DNA of 64,000 nucleotides from Microthyrium microscopicum (Eukaryota): NCBI GenBank assembly GCA_010405405.1, contig MU004234.1, positions 106,993 to 170,992 of the forward strand, read 5' to 3'. Shown piece by piece: positions 52,858 to 64,000 of this stretch (position 1 is its first letter; each line of letters starts with the position of its first letter). The notes under the pieces were generated by a model. It saw only the letters and a program-made list of their open reading frames with translations, ran no database searches and was not told where the DNA came from. The position numbers and the translations under genes were made by a program.

Positions 52858-53720
52858 CTACGGCAAAGAAAATCGAACATTTCTCAAAAGAGACTTAGCT
52901 CCAGCATTGCTACCGCTAGCTAACCTGGTGCTACGACGAGTTGACACGCTCAGAATTCCTTTGCCCAAAACATCTCTCAACGGCTTGTCTTGCTCAGCAG
53001 CAACCTCTCGCACAAGACTTTGAGCTTCGTGTCCGCAAGATAAGAGCTCAGCAGCAATCTTCTTGCACAGCACGCTTTGCTGTTCCTTCATGTCGAAGAT
53101 GTCTTCTAGCTCCTTGATGAAGCAAGTGACTGTGCCGATAAGTGTCGTGAGATGCTGCGGTTCATACAATGCCCATCTGGAAGCTAGACCAAGACCTCGA
53201 ACGAAACTACCAGGACTTTGGCTAGGAAGAGAGATCGCTTGACGCCTATCAAATCTTAGTGCAATCCTCCACTTGAATATCTCGTAGATGGATCGGATCA
53301 CTTGAAAAGAGGAACGTACCGAATCTTTCGATGGAGCTCAGCCATCTCATCATTATCTTCCACATACTCTCGGCCACAGAGCTCGCGACTTGTACTCCTC
53401 TCCTCAATCCTGCTCTCATACCCGCTCGCTGTGTTAAATGCTTCCTTCAGCTGTAACACGATCTTCGTGAGTATGTCATAAGCTAGGTCAGCTTCTCTCA
53501 CTTTGAAGCAGTCATACAGATCAGAAAGGTCTTCCAAAGCGAAGCCTACGGATTCGCCCCAACGAGCCAACCTGAATTGGGCTATTTCGAGCTGGAGCTT
53601 GTGGACATCAAAATCTTCCTCGAAATTCCGGGCGAGCCGGATGTTGTCAAAGCAGTCGACGACGTCTTTGAATAGACTGGCGAGAGGCGCGATGATGTCG
53701 GCTCCTGCGGGATTGTACAT
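52858..53720 (-). CDS. HeLo/HELL-domain protein A (HELLP-like; no clear C-terminal amyloid motif)
   Basis: LASLFKDVVDCFDNIRLARNF; LQLEIAQFRLARWGESVG; after one intron RWALYE...LEDIF...EQD..L. Matches the prion-inhibition/HeLo family pattern. Confidence 0.85.
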
Positions 53721-54169
53721 GATGTCAGGTCAGATTGATCTTTTTGGCCCTTCGGTGCTATGAGCGGACAACCGAATGATATGAAGAGATGAGCAGAAAT
53801 CTTAAATGGCTCAACATGCTCAGCAGTATGAATGAATGCAATCTGAGAGCAAGCAGTTTGCTTTGCATGCAAATAACACCGAGCATATGATGTCCTAGAT
53901 CTGACACCTAACAAATTGGCAAAGATCACGAAAAATCTATCGATTTTGGACAGCGGGTTTTCCAGCATCTATTCATCAAGGCGGTTGATTAGATAGACAT
54001 AACCGATCATTCACCATGGCAAACCTGGATGTCACTTGAGGTTGGAAAATAGTCACATTGAGGTATTTGAAAGAGCATGGAAATACAGATTGCTATCATG
54101 ACATGTTGTTACCATCACAAACCCCAACTACTCAACGGAGGAACGCCAAGAGACCATACCCCAATCCAT

Positions 54170-55121
54170 TTACTTGTCATCACGATAATTGTGACTTGTA
54201 TTGTGGATTGAACCATAATTGTATCCTCCCTGGACACCAGAGTTGTTGTCGCCCGAGAAAGTGATGGTGTTGCCCGAGTTCCCTGGTATCTCCTGAAGTC
54301 TGTCAGTTTGAACTCAAGCAAGAACTGACAAGATACTGCCATTATCACCAACGCGCGCTCAAGGCTAGCCACGGGGACGACATTATGCTACGTTCCATCC
54401 ATTCAAAACGCTTTCATAGGAGACTTACCTTCGAGAAGGCAGCATATAAGCCCTGGTCTTGGTATTTAGAAATATGTTTCAGAATTGCGACAGCTTCGCT
54501 TCCACAAGCTGCAAGAGTCTTTGCATCACTTTCGCAGAGTTCAACTCGAGTGGGTGCCCGAGTTGCAAAGTACTCTTCTAGGGGGTCGAGAAGAGCATTG
54601 ATATCAAGAATGAGCTTTGCGAGGTTTTTCTCGTCGAACACTGCCCACTTGAACTTCTTGAACAATGAAGGTGAACCTGCAGCCTTTGCAGGCTGGATGG
54701 TAAGTCTCCTATGATTAATCAGTTAGTAAATAACACAAGCATTGACGCTCGTGAAGAATTTGTTGAGCACTTACTGCACGGCTTGACAAAGTGGTGTCTC
54801 GGGACGATCCAACACATCCTCTGGCTTATTCACCTTGTTCACGAAACCAGTTCTTTCAAAGAGTTCTCCAATTTCGGTCATAATCTTCTTGGCAACCAGA
54901 ACGTTCTCAGCCCCCAGTTTGCTTTCGAGTGTTGCTTGATCATCGGTATCAATATTGATTGACTTGCCCCATCGAGAGAGACGTAGTTGTGCGATTTGGA
55001 GCTTGAGATGGTTGATCTCGGAAGACTTTTCGAATCCGCGACCGAGTTGGATCCATTCGAACCATTCAATGGCATCGTTGAAGACACCCAAAGCACCGAG
55101 TGCTATGCCTGCTGCGTCCAT
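54170..55121 (-). CDS. HeLo/HELL-domain cell-death effector B with C-terminal PP amyloid motif (HELLP-like)
   Basis: MDAAGIALGALGVFNDAIEWFEWIQLGRGF; LKLQIAQLRLSRWG; KWAVFDEK. The third exon (54292-54170) encodes EIPGNSGNTITFSGDNNSGVQGGYNYGSIHNTSHNYRDDK*, in a reading frame the ORF track does not show. Confidence 0.9.
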
Positions 55122-55736
55122 GACGATGATGCAGTGGCGTTGACGTTTGTTTCCTTTCTGGAACTTGAAGTTGATGACTGGACGAAATATCGAGTTGATT
55201 ATGCTTGCAACCAATAACCAAAGTTGGAACAACAAGTCGACAGTATCGGTGAATAAGGAAGAGATCAACCGACTAAGCCTTTTTATAAGCTTGATCCTGG
55301 AAGCACCTGCAATTGAACACTCAAATTGCCTGCTGGAGGACATTCTGACCTTTAGGTTGTGATCTCCATCATGAGATGTTTAAATGCGGCTCATGAGCTG
55401 ACTCTTGATAGATGACCAGTCATCAATGGATTTGAAAAAATGAATTGTTGCTCCAATGTCAGACGACCAAATGATTCGGATCAAGCTCCGGCATCAATCG
55501 CTACAGAGAATGACAAAATTTTCTGAGCAACTCCTTCTGCACTGGACAGCCTGGAAATGGCAAGATAACACTCTCGTAGTTGAATACAACACACATCACG
55601 CTATGCAAATTGAGATCAAAAGAGCAAGGAAATAATTGAATTGGATGCTTTCAGACCAGGGTCTTCACTGGATCAACATGCATCAAATACGATTCCCAAC
55701 AAAAAGGACATATCCATGATATCCATTCCTCAGGAT

Positions 55737-56590
55737 CTAATCATCTCTACCCGATGTGTCGTTGCTATGCCCGCCGATTGAGCTATCATTGGAACCTGCC
55801 TGAATGGCATGGTTGTTGCCCCTCGAGCTCGTTGCAGTGTTGCCTGAGCTTTCCGATCTTTCCATAGACAAGGCGTTATACATGACCTTGTCTTGCTGCT
55901 TGGCTATCTCCTTCAACAAGGTAATGGCTTTGTCTCCATCCGTATCTGCAATCAGCTGTGCTGCTTCGTTCTTGCAAAGGTCGGCTCTTTTGGCTTCAAG
56001 ATGTGGAAACATATTCTCAAGATCCGTTACGATAATGGTGATATTGGCCAAAAGTTGTGTGAAAAGACGCCCATCGTATAGTACCCACCGGATTCTCAGA
56101 GACCTCCGTTGGCCAGGACTGATCGCAAGCATTCTTCAAGTTGTTAGATGAATGCAGCGCAGATAATGCTCACCATGGCGCATACTCACCGCATCTTGAT
56201 GTCAAGTTTCAAGGCCTCACGACTCATTTCCAAATCCCGAATGCATGCATGGAGGGGTTTACCGTCGTCGTGCGATATCATTTTGCGGTACTCGTCGCAA
56301 AGATCCTGAGTTTCTTTGAATTTTGACAGGATCCTTTCCAGCGTAGAATTGACACTTCCAAGACTGACATTTGCGAAATCGTTCTTGAACGATGCCTCAT
56401 CCATCTTGTCAATGCCTAAGGTCTTTCCCCAGCGGCATAATCGATTTTGTGCGAGACTGAGTTTGAGTTGACTGGCATCGAAAAAATCCCGAAAGTTGGC
56501 GCCGAGCTCGACACGTTCGAAGCATTCAACAGCAGTCTTGAAAGTTTCAGATAGGCTAGCTACGTCAATAGTGGGATCTGCAGGGTCCAT
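55737..56590 (-). CDS. HeLo/HELL-domain protein C with degenerate C-terminal PP-like motif
   Basis: FKTAVECFERVELGANF; LKLSLAQNRLCRWG; RWVLYD; LLKEIAKQQD; tail SSRGNNHAIQAGSNDSSI. One intron at 56189-56134. Confidence 0.88.
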
Positions 56591-57301
56591 GGTGCCTGTG
56601 AGAGTGATCCCGTAGTAACTGTTCGGGCAATGATGGATTTGAGGCAACATGTTGGGCCAAGCGGAGATTTTACACGGAGGGGCAGGTCTGGAGAATTGAT
56701 CGGTTTTCGATCCGATGGTTATGGAGCAAAGCGAGATATGATATTCAGAAAAAGATGAAATGCACTTTGGGAAGGTCAAACAGAAGCACCAACGACGTGG
56801 GTTCTACTGTTGGTAAAGTCAAGTGCTTAGGACCCAGAATGACTATGTGTCAAGCTGCATGAAGACTGACTTCTTATAGATCACCCTCGCTATCAAACAA
56901 AGGCCATTGCCATGGGTCATAGACGGCATGTCGAGGAAAAAGGTGCCCCGACACTTCAACATGCACTTGCTGGGATGAAGATACAAAGGGTATCCAGGCA
57001 CGCATATGATTTGGAAACCAACACGCAAGCTCCTTCACATCATGCCTTCGTCACGACTGGCCGCAAGCCATGGGGCCACTCACTATGACTTTAGGAATTA
57101 CGAGCTGATCACAAATTTGCTTGTTTGCTTGTCTACGTTAGACGGTAAGTCAAAAGACTACAGATTTAATCAGCCGTTTGCGCCACTCTGGAGAACCATA
57201 AACGCTTTCGATTCGCTGACTCTCAGTCTCAAGACGCCATATGAAGGTTTATTGAAGGTCAAAATACCTTGTTTCATCAGCAATCTACTCAAGCTGCTAT
57301 C

Positions 57302-59972
57302 ATGGCTGAGAATCCCAGAGCTAACGACGAGTTGGATGCCGCGATGGCGAAACTGCACTTGGAAGATCAGGGTCGTCAAACAGCAAACCAGAATATTAGA
57401 AGTAGTATGCAGTTCACTTCCTTCTCTGGACATAGCAATATGGGTGTGCAAGTGGGACAAAACTCGGGAAACATTGAACACCATCACCATGCCGCGCCAG
57501 GTGAGAGATGGAGATTCACAATCCCCTACTTTGAAAAGTTTGCTTATTGTATGAATACAGAGCCACCTGAACAACCTCCGAAATGTGGGATGTTCATACC
57601 CTTTCCTCGCTCCGACTTTGTTGGCCGTTTGGATATAATGAAGGAACTGGACAGCAGGTGTTCTCAATCGGGGCACTGGACAGCGCTGGCTGGTCTCGGT
57701 GGCGTCGGGTAAGCACGCTACTATCTGAAAGCTATTGTCAACACTAACATAGACTAGAAAGTAGCAGATAGCAATTGAGTACTGCTATCGTCTTCGGAAG
57801 TCATCACCCAGCACCTGGGTCTTTTGGATACATGCGAGTAACGAGACCCGATTCGAACAGAGCCTTCAAGATATTGCAAACTACTTGAAGCTTCCTGGAC
57901 GTAAAAGCCCAGCGACCAATTACTACCAGTTATTCGAAGACTGGCTACGAGACGATAATCAAGGCAGTTGGTTTGTTGTGCTTGACAACGCTAACGATGA
58001 AAAGTTCCTGATGAAAGGCGTCAAACCTAAACAACACCAAGATCTTGGTACTGGACGCGGAAGTGCTTCGACTCCTGCTCCTACTAAACGTTTGCGCGAC
58101 TTTCTGCCCTTCACACAGCGAGGCTCTGTCTTAGTCACTACCCGAAGTCGCCACGCTGCCATTCAGCTAGCTGGTTTTCAACGTCTGATTGCAGTAGGGG
58201 TGATGGACAATGGTGAGGCTACACGGCTTCTTCAACAGAAGCTAGGCAGTCAGTACACGAAGCAGGACTTCTCTAAACTTGCTGAGTACCTTGAGTACAT
58301 CCCCCTTGCCATGATTCTTGCAGCTGCGTATATTTCGCGTCGAGAGAACCGCTGTTCAGTCAACGAGTATCTTGAGAACTTCAAGTCGAGTGATGGACAA
58401 AAGATGGAGCTCTTAGCCGATGAAGGTGAGTACCAGCCTCGCGACCGTGAAGCCGTCAATTGCATTTTTAGGACGTGGAGCATCACTCTAAACACCATAA
58501 GAAAAGCTCACGACTCAGCATTCCACTTGCTATCGTCCATAGGCTTTTTTGATCCACAAGGGATCCCGGATTCTCTGATGTTTGTCCCGTTCGCATTCCA
58601 GGAAATTGCCAATGTGAAGGAACTGACAGGAGGTCCTCCACGGCCGGATGTTTTCAAGGCCCTTGACGCCGCGGATCCAAAGTATCTGGTCAACGCTAGA
58701 AAGAGATTTGAGTCAGCTTTACAGGTGCTCAGAGACTATTCGCTCATCACGGCGACCACTGACCCAGGGGTTTTCGAGATGCACAGGCTGATTCGGTTGG
58801 CCGTTCAAGAGGAACTCAAAAAGAGTAACTTGTTCTACAAAGCTTACCATCGGAATGTAGACAGCCTGCATTGGAAGTACTTTCAGTCCAGCTTCGAATT
58901 AGGGAAACAGTACGAGGATATAAAATTGTGGTCTTCACTTTTTCCTCATTTCAAGATACTCACCGAAATTCAACCTAATGCTACTCGATACCTATACCTT
59001 TGGCTTCATATTTTACAATGCACAGCATATCTGGCTTTTCTTCGAGGACGCATCTTTGATGCGAAAGCCCTCGCTTTGGTGGGATACCAAGCATGCACGG
59101 CATCCCAAGCCTTCGGGTCAGAATCACTTGAAGCTGCTCGATTTCAACGACAGATCGGGCAATGCTATGCCGATGAGTTCCAGTATTTAGAAGCCGAAAA
59201 GCAATATCAAGCGTCACAAAGCAAAATTTCGAGTTTGCTTCAAGGAATGGATATTTGCTCAGACCAAGGCCAGCATTTATTGGCAACATGGATGGACATT
59301 ATGTATAATCTAGCGATCATGCAAAACGGTCAACGAAAATTGCAAGAAGCCGAGAACACTTTGTCAGATGCATCTGTATTGGGCTCAAAGTTGTCAGAGA
59401 AGTATCGTTACGTGGTACTTAAAAACGCCGATGCTTTGGTCCATTGTTATGCTTCGCAAGAAGGGCTCGTGCCACTCCCGCTCGGAGACGATTCTTCTGG
59501 GCTGGGTTATGTGGTCACTGAACATGACACGAATGATGACACGAGTGTCAGTGTTGCAAAACTTCTCGCGGAAACCACCTATCTGGAAAGCGTTAAGCTG
59601 CTGGGAAGAAACGACCCTCGGACAATGCGCAGACGTTGGATGAGAGACTTCCTGTCTGGTGAGCCAGCGAAGCATCAGAAGCTTGCAAAAGATGCGAGGG
59701 GCCTTCTTGCAAGGCTAGAGAAGCACTCAACTAAAGATCATGTGGAGATACCAGATACCATGCACTTCTTGGCCACTCTTTTGAAGGAGTCGAGACAAGA
59801 TGGCCCAGCTCTAGAAGTCATGGAGGAATGCGTTCCGGTAAGTATCAGGCTACGTGGGAAAGATAACTATCGTACGAAGCAATGCGTGTTCGCCTTGGAT
59901 GTGTGGCGACATGAGCGCGCGGGCAGAGTGCAGTCCGGAGATAATAAGTGGTTTAGATTGTTTCTGTGTTGA
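57302..59972 (+). CDS. NLR 1: PP motif / NB-ARC / TPR (PNT1-like); in-frame TAG in Walker A, possibly a pseudogene
   Basis: FSGHSNMGVQVGQNSGNI; DFVGR; AGLGGVG|K*QIAIEYCY; FWIHAS; VVLDNAND; VTTRS; IPLA; FEMHRLI; C-terminal TPR-like repeats (LGRNDPRT, PDTMHFLA). Confidence 0.88.
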
Positions 59973-60963
59973 TTCTGTATTGAAGACACAGCAGAGGATA
60001 TTTCATTGAAAGGTTCATGTGGTCGCAGTGCGCTTTCTGATCTTCTAGGCATAAGATGGCACTAGGGATATGATTTGGTTTATTTGATAGCTCATCAACT
60101 TGTCCGAGTCTCAGCATTCTTTTCCCTTAAGAGTATCGTACGCTACTTGGTTCAACATAATGGCTTCATCATGTAGCATCGCTAGTCCTTCAATTTGCTC
60201 ATGCCAGGTCTTCTTATCGGGTATAGCCTGCTCCCAGATACCATGAGGAGTTTCAATATACTCTTTTTCTCGTTAGATGGTGATGGAAAAAGCCAGTCGA
60301 TCTACGCCGCTAACAGTGAAGTCAATGAAATGGCTTGTCAGATCATTCTCAAAGCTTTGGAGAGAACAGTGATTTTATGCGTTGGCCCCATGTCAGGCTC
60401 CTATCGTTTTGAACAAGCTTTGAATGGACACATTGTAATGAGTGGCAATATATTGTTAGCCGTCACGGTAACGAGTGGAATATATGAAGCAAGCCTAGTA
60501 CAATCAAGATTGTGCTCGACTTTCGTACACCGTCGGGGGGCATTGAAGCGGCCGATAATGGGTTAAGCCCGGTGGTTGACATCACGATTATTGAGAATAA
60601 AGTATTCGATTATACTATCATATTTGACAGATCAAAGAAAGAGGATTCTGAGATTATGTACGACCTCTTGCGACAATAGCAAATAGTTTTTGACATATGA
60701 AGATCAACACGCGGGTTGAAGTTTGTACTTATGCCAAATCCTGACACCTAATTGCTTTATAGTCTTCGAGAATTAACCTGGTTGCATGTGCAATGGTTCT
60801 TTCTCTCTCGGAAGCTATGAAACCTACTGGCTGACATCGCTCAATACTCTTTTCACTGCGCTTTGCGACAACCAAGATTGACTTCGATTTGCTTGTCTTC
60901 AAATCTAACACGAAACACAAGCAAGCCTATATCTCTATTCGTTTCAGCAGGATAGTTATCATC

Positions 60964-63670
60964 GTGGCTGAGCCTCTTACTTTTGACGATGAACTGGTTT
61001 CTGCTATGCGCAAGATGATTTTTGGCGATAACCCAGGTGTTCGGGCAACGCCACAGGACAGCGGAAGCAATAGGCACTACCAATACGCATCGTTCACCGG
61101 AGCTTCGAATAGAGGTATCCAAATAGGTTACAATGTAGGGAACATCGAAAGTCATATTCACCACGCAGCAGGTAAGAGATGGATGGGGGCTTATAATATT
61201 GCAGTCTCGGGTTAACCCAAGAACAGAACATCCGGAGATAACGCCAGAACCTGATATTTTTATCAACTTTGAGCGAGATGTTGACTTTGTTGGACGTTCG
61301 GAGATACTGAAGAATTTGGAAGAGAAATGCGTAGTTCCTGGTTCATGGACAGTGCTGGCTGGCCTTGGTGGTGTTGGGTAAACACTACGCCTATCTCTAT
61401 GAATTATCGCACGATAAGCTTACACCCGTTAGAGAGTCTCGAATTGCCGTAGAGCACTGTTACAGGCTCCACGCATCGACACCGGACACTTGGATTTCTG
61501 GATTCGCGCAAGTAACGAAGCTCGTTATGACCAAAGCCTGAGAGACATCGCGGAAAAGCTAAAACTATCTGGTCGACAAGACCCAATAGCCAACTTTGCC
61601 AAACTATTTCACGATTGGTTGCAAAACAACAATCGAAAATGGTTTGTCGTTCTCAATAACGCAGATGATGCAGGATTCCTTATCAACTCCAGCCAGTCTA
61701 GTCAGAGCTCGCAACCAGGTGCCGGCGATAGTGCTTCTATTCCCCCAAACTCTAAGCCTCTCCGCGAATATCTCCCTCGTCCTCAGCATGGCTCATACCT
61801 CGCCACAACCAGAAGTAAAAGGGCTGCCCGGCAGCTGACGAAGGTCAGAAAGATCATTCCTGTAGACTTGATGGATGAGGAAGAAGCTTGTCGACTACTG
61901 CAGACCAGGTTAGAAGATGAGCAGCCAAAGATCGATTTGCTCAACCTTATGAGGGCTCTCGAATGTATACCACTTGCTATCGTCATGGCTGGCGCCTACA
62001 TCTCGAAAAGGGCGCCACGTTGTTCAGCGCGCCAGTTTCTCAATACATTTGAGAAAAACGATAAACAAAAAGTGAGTCTGCTCTCTAATGATGGCGGGTA
62101 TCAAGCAAGGGACTACCAAGCGCAAAACTGCGTTTTCACAACATGGAATATAACAATGCTGCACATATTCAATACAAACAAGCCAGCTGCTAACTTGTTC
62201 TACGCTACAAGCTTCTTCGATCGACAAGGCATTCCCGACGATCTTCTGAGAAGTGTTTTCATGTGGATACAATCCAGCAAGAAAGCGATTGACTCAAGTG
62301 AACAAGAGGCCGAAGAGAACAGCGATAACAATGCTTTAGCATACTTTCAACGACCTGAATCCAGTTCTAGCATGGACGAAGCATTTGAAAACGCCTTCCA
62401 GATGCTCAGAGACTATTGGCTCGTGACCGTGACTGCCGATCCCAGTGTATTTGAAGTACATCGACTGATACAGGTTGGTGCAAGACAACTTAACCTGACA
62501 AGCAATGACTTCTACGGTAACCTCCTGGTAGGTTTGGCGGTTATTTATTTCGATTTTGAAGATGGAAAACCAGTATCTGGAAGCCACAGTCTGGGTCAAG
62601 ATATTGAGAGCAAGAAATGGAGGGTCTACTTTCCACACTTCAAAGCCTTAATCAGCTCGGAGCCACAGCTTGACGAATATAAGGGAGTGTGGCTGCTGAT
62701 TCTTAGCAATACAGCAGAAGCAGCAGTTTTCGCGGGAAAGTATTCCGAGGCAGAGAGCATCGCGAGTGTCCTTTTGCAAAGATGTTCACCAGATACATGG
62801 AAAGCAACCAGTCCTACCACACTAATTTGGAAGCGAGAGACCTTTATGCGAATCAATGTCGTTCTTGGAAAGTCGTACGCAGCTCGACTCATGTATTCAC
62901 AATGTGAAATCTTTCTGGACCGCTTTCTACCAACAATGTTCAAAGAGTTCAATATCTGGTCGAACGAAATTGAACCGTCACCGTCCGAGTTACCGAATCT
63001 TTTCCTTTACGTAGACATACTGTGGACTTTAGCCATGGTGAAGCTATGCCAGAACAAACTGCAACAAGGTCAGAAATGGCTGGATCGTGCATATGAGACG
63101 ATTTGTTACTTCACAATGCAACACCCATCGGTGGAAGACCGATTCAAGCGCAGGACATTAGATATAACCGAAGCTCTTATCATCAATGTGATAAGAATAA
63201 CGGCGAATCGAGAGATGATACGAAATGAAAAGCTTGCTGAGCTTCCGGAAGCGGTGGAAGAAGTTAGAAATCTCGCATCACAGAACTATGACAGAAGTGT
63301 TGCTTTATTGGGAGCCGATGATGTCCGGACGACTCGAAGACGTTGGAATTGTCTCTTCTTGGCAGGCACATCGGAAGCGCATGAGAGCTTAGTGAAAGAG
63401 GGTCAAGGGGCTCGTGAGAAACTTGAGGCTTCATTAGGCTCTGATCACTCAGCAATCCCAGAAGCCCTGTGGTTTTTGGCAACTCTCTTGAAGCTGGTTG
63501 ACAAGCATGCTGAAGCGTTAGAAGTCATGGAGGAATGTGTGAGGCTGGGCGCTCAGATTCGAGGTTCAGACAATTGCCGGACGCAGGAGTGTGCGAGAAG
63601 GTTGTCGAACTGGAAGCAAAACATTCCAGGCGTGCCTGCAATTGGCTTATTCATGGCATCTTTTCCATAG
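60964..63670 (+). CDS. NLR 2: PP motif / NB-ARC / TPR paralog; degenerate P-loop and frameshift, possibly a pseudogene
   Basis: FTGASNRGIQIGYNVGNI; DFVGR; AGLGGVG|ESRIAVEHCY; same intron positions as NLR 1; VVLNNADD; FEVHRLI; TPR-like tail. The homologous start is GTG at 60964; the first ATG is at 61006. Confidence 0.85.
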
Positions 63671-64000
63671 TGACTGGTTGCAGATTGAAGTACACACTAT
63701 GGTGGCCATGGTGGCCCACTACTTGGGACCAAGTTCGTCGCGCTTCGTAGGTCTCCAATATTATAGTAGACTGACAGAAGATATTTAAGGCAATGAGCAC
63801 TGAATTTGGAAGTGCTGTGTTCAGCCAAATCAGCCTGACCTTGGAACTAGTCCTCCCAAAAGTCCAATTCTTGTTCATTGTAGTTCTACTAGGGGTATCA
63901 TATGCTATCTGGCAATCATCATAACTGTATCATCATTCAATCATACCGCGCCGTCCTTCTCCTGTCGCTTCTCAGGAGTAGCATCTCCACCTCTTCGTCC

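Noticed and set aside
57762..57764. A-to-I editing as a full rescue of the NLR 1 stop
   Set aside because: Editing would give Trp (GKW), not the Ser/Thr needed for Mg-NTP binding, and such editing is documented mainly in other ascomycete classes. Kept only as a check.

Overview
Fungal (Pezizomycotina, probably Dothideomycete-like; inferred from short GT-AG introns with CTAAC/CTGAC branch sites and RIP) genomic window. 1-6364 is an AT-rich, RIP-decayed block of nested DNA transposons: two hAT ends, a decayed hAT transposase, a TA-flanked MITE and tandem repeats. It is followed by about 24 genes: GH16-PAN-CBM18 glucanase, P450, RVS167, NFS1, VPS23, a HET-domain gene, methyltransferase, Crh transglycosylase, GT8, mitochondrial carrier, a long Argonaute with an N-terminal zinc-knuckle-like motif, a Clr5-domain gene, BCKDH E1-beta, CE4 deacetylase, a secreted copper-monooxygenase-like protein, REI1 and several orphans. 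The standout is 52.9-63.7 kb, an expanded amyloid-signalling (HELLP/PNT1-type) cell-death locus. Three tandem HeLo/HELL-domain effector genes (- strand) face two NB-ARC-TPR NLR genes (+ strand). Both NLRs and two of the effectors share a PP/RHIM-like motif (NxGxQxGxN). Both NLRs appear disabled at the P-loop but keep their amyloid N-terminus and long downstream ORFs, and only one effector looks intact. All gene models were spliced by eye; no database searches were run.
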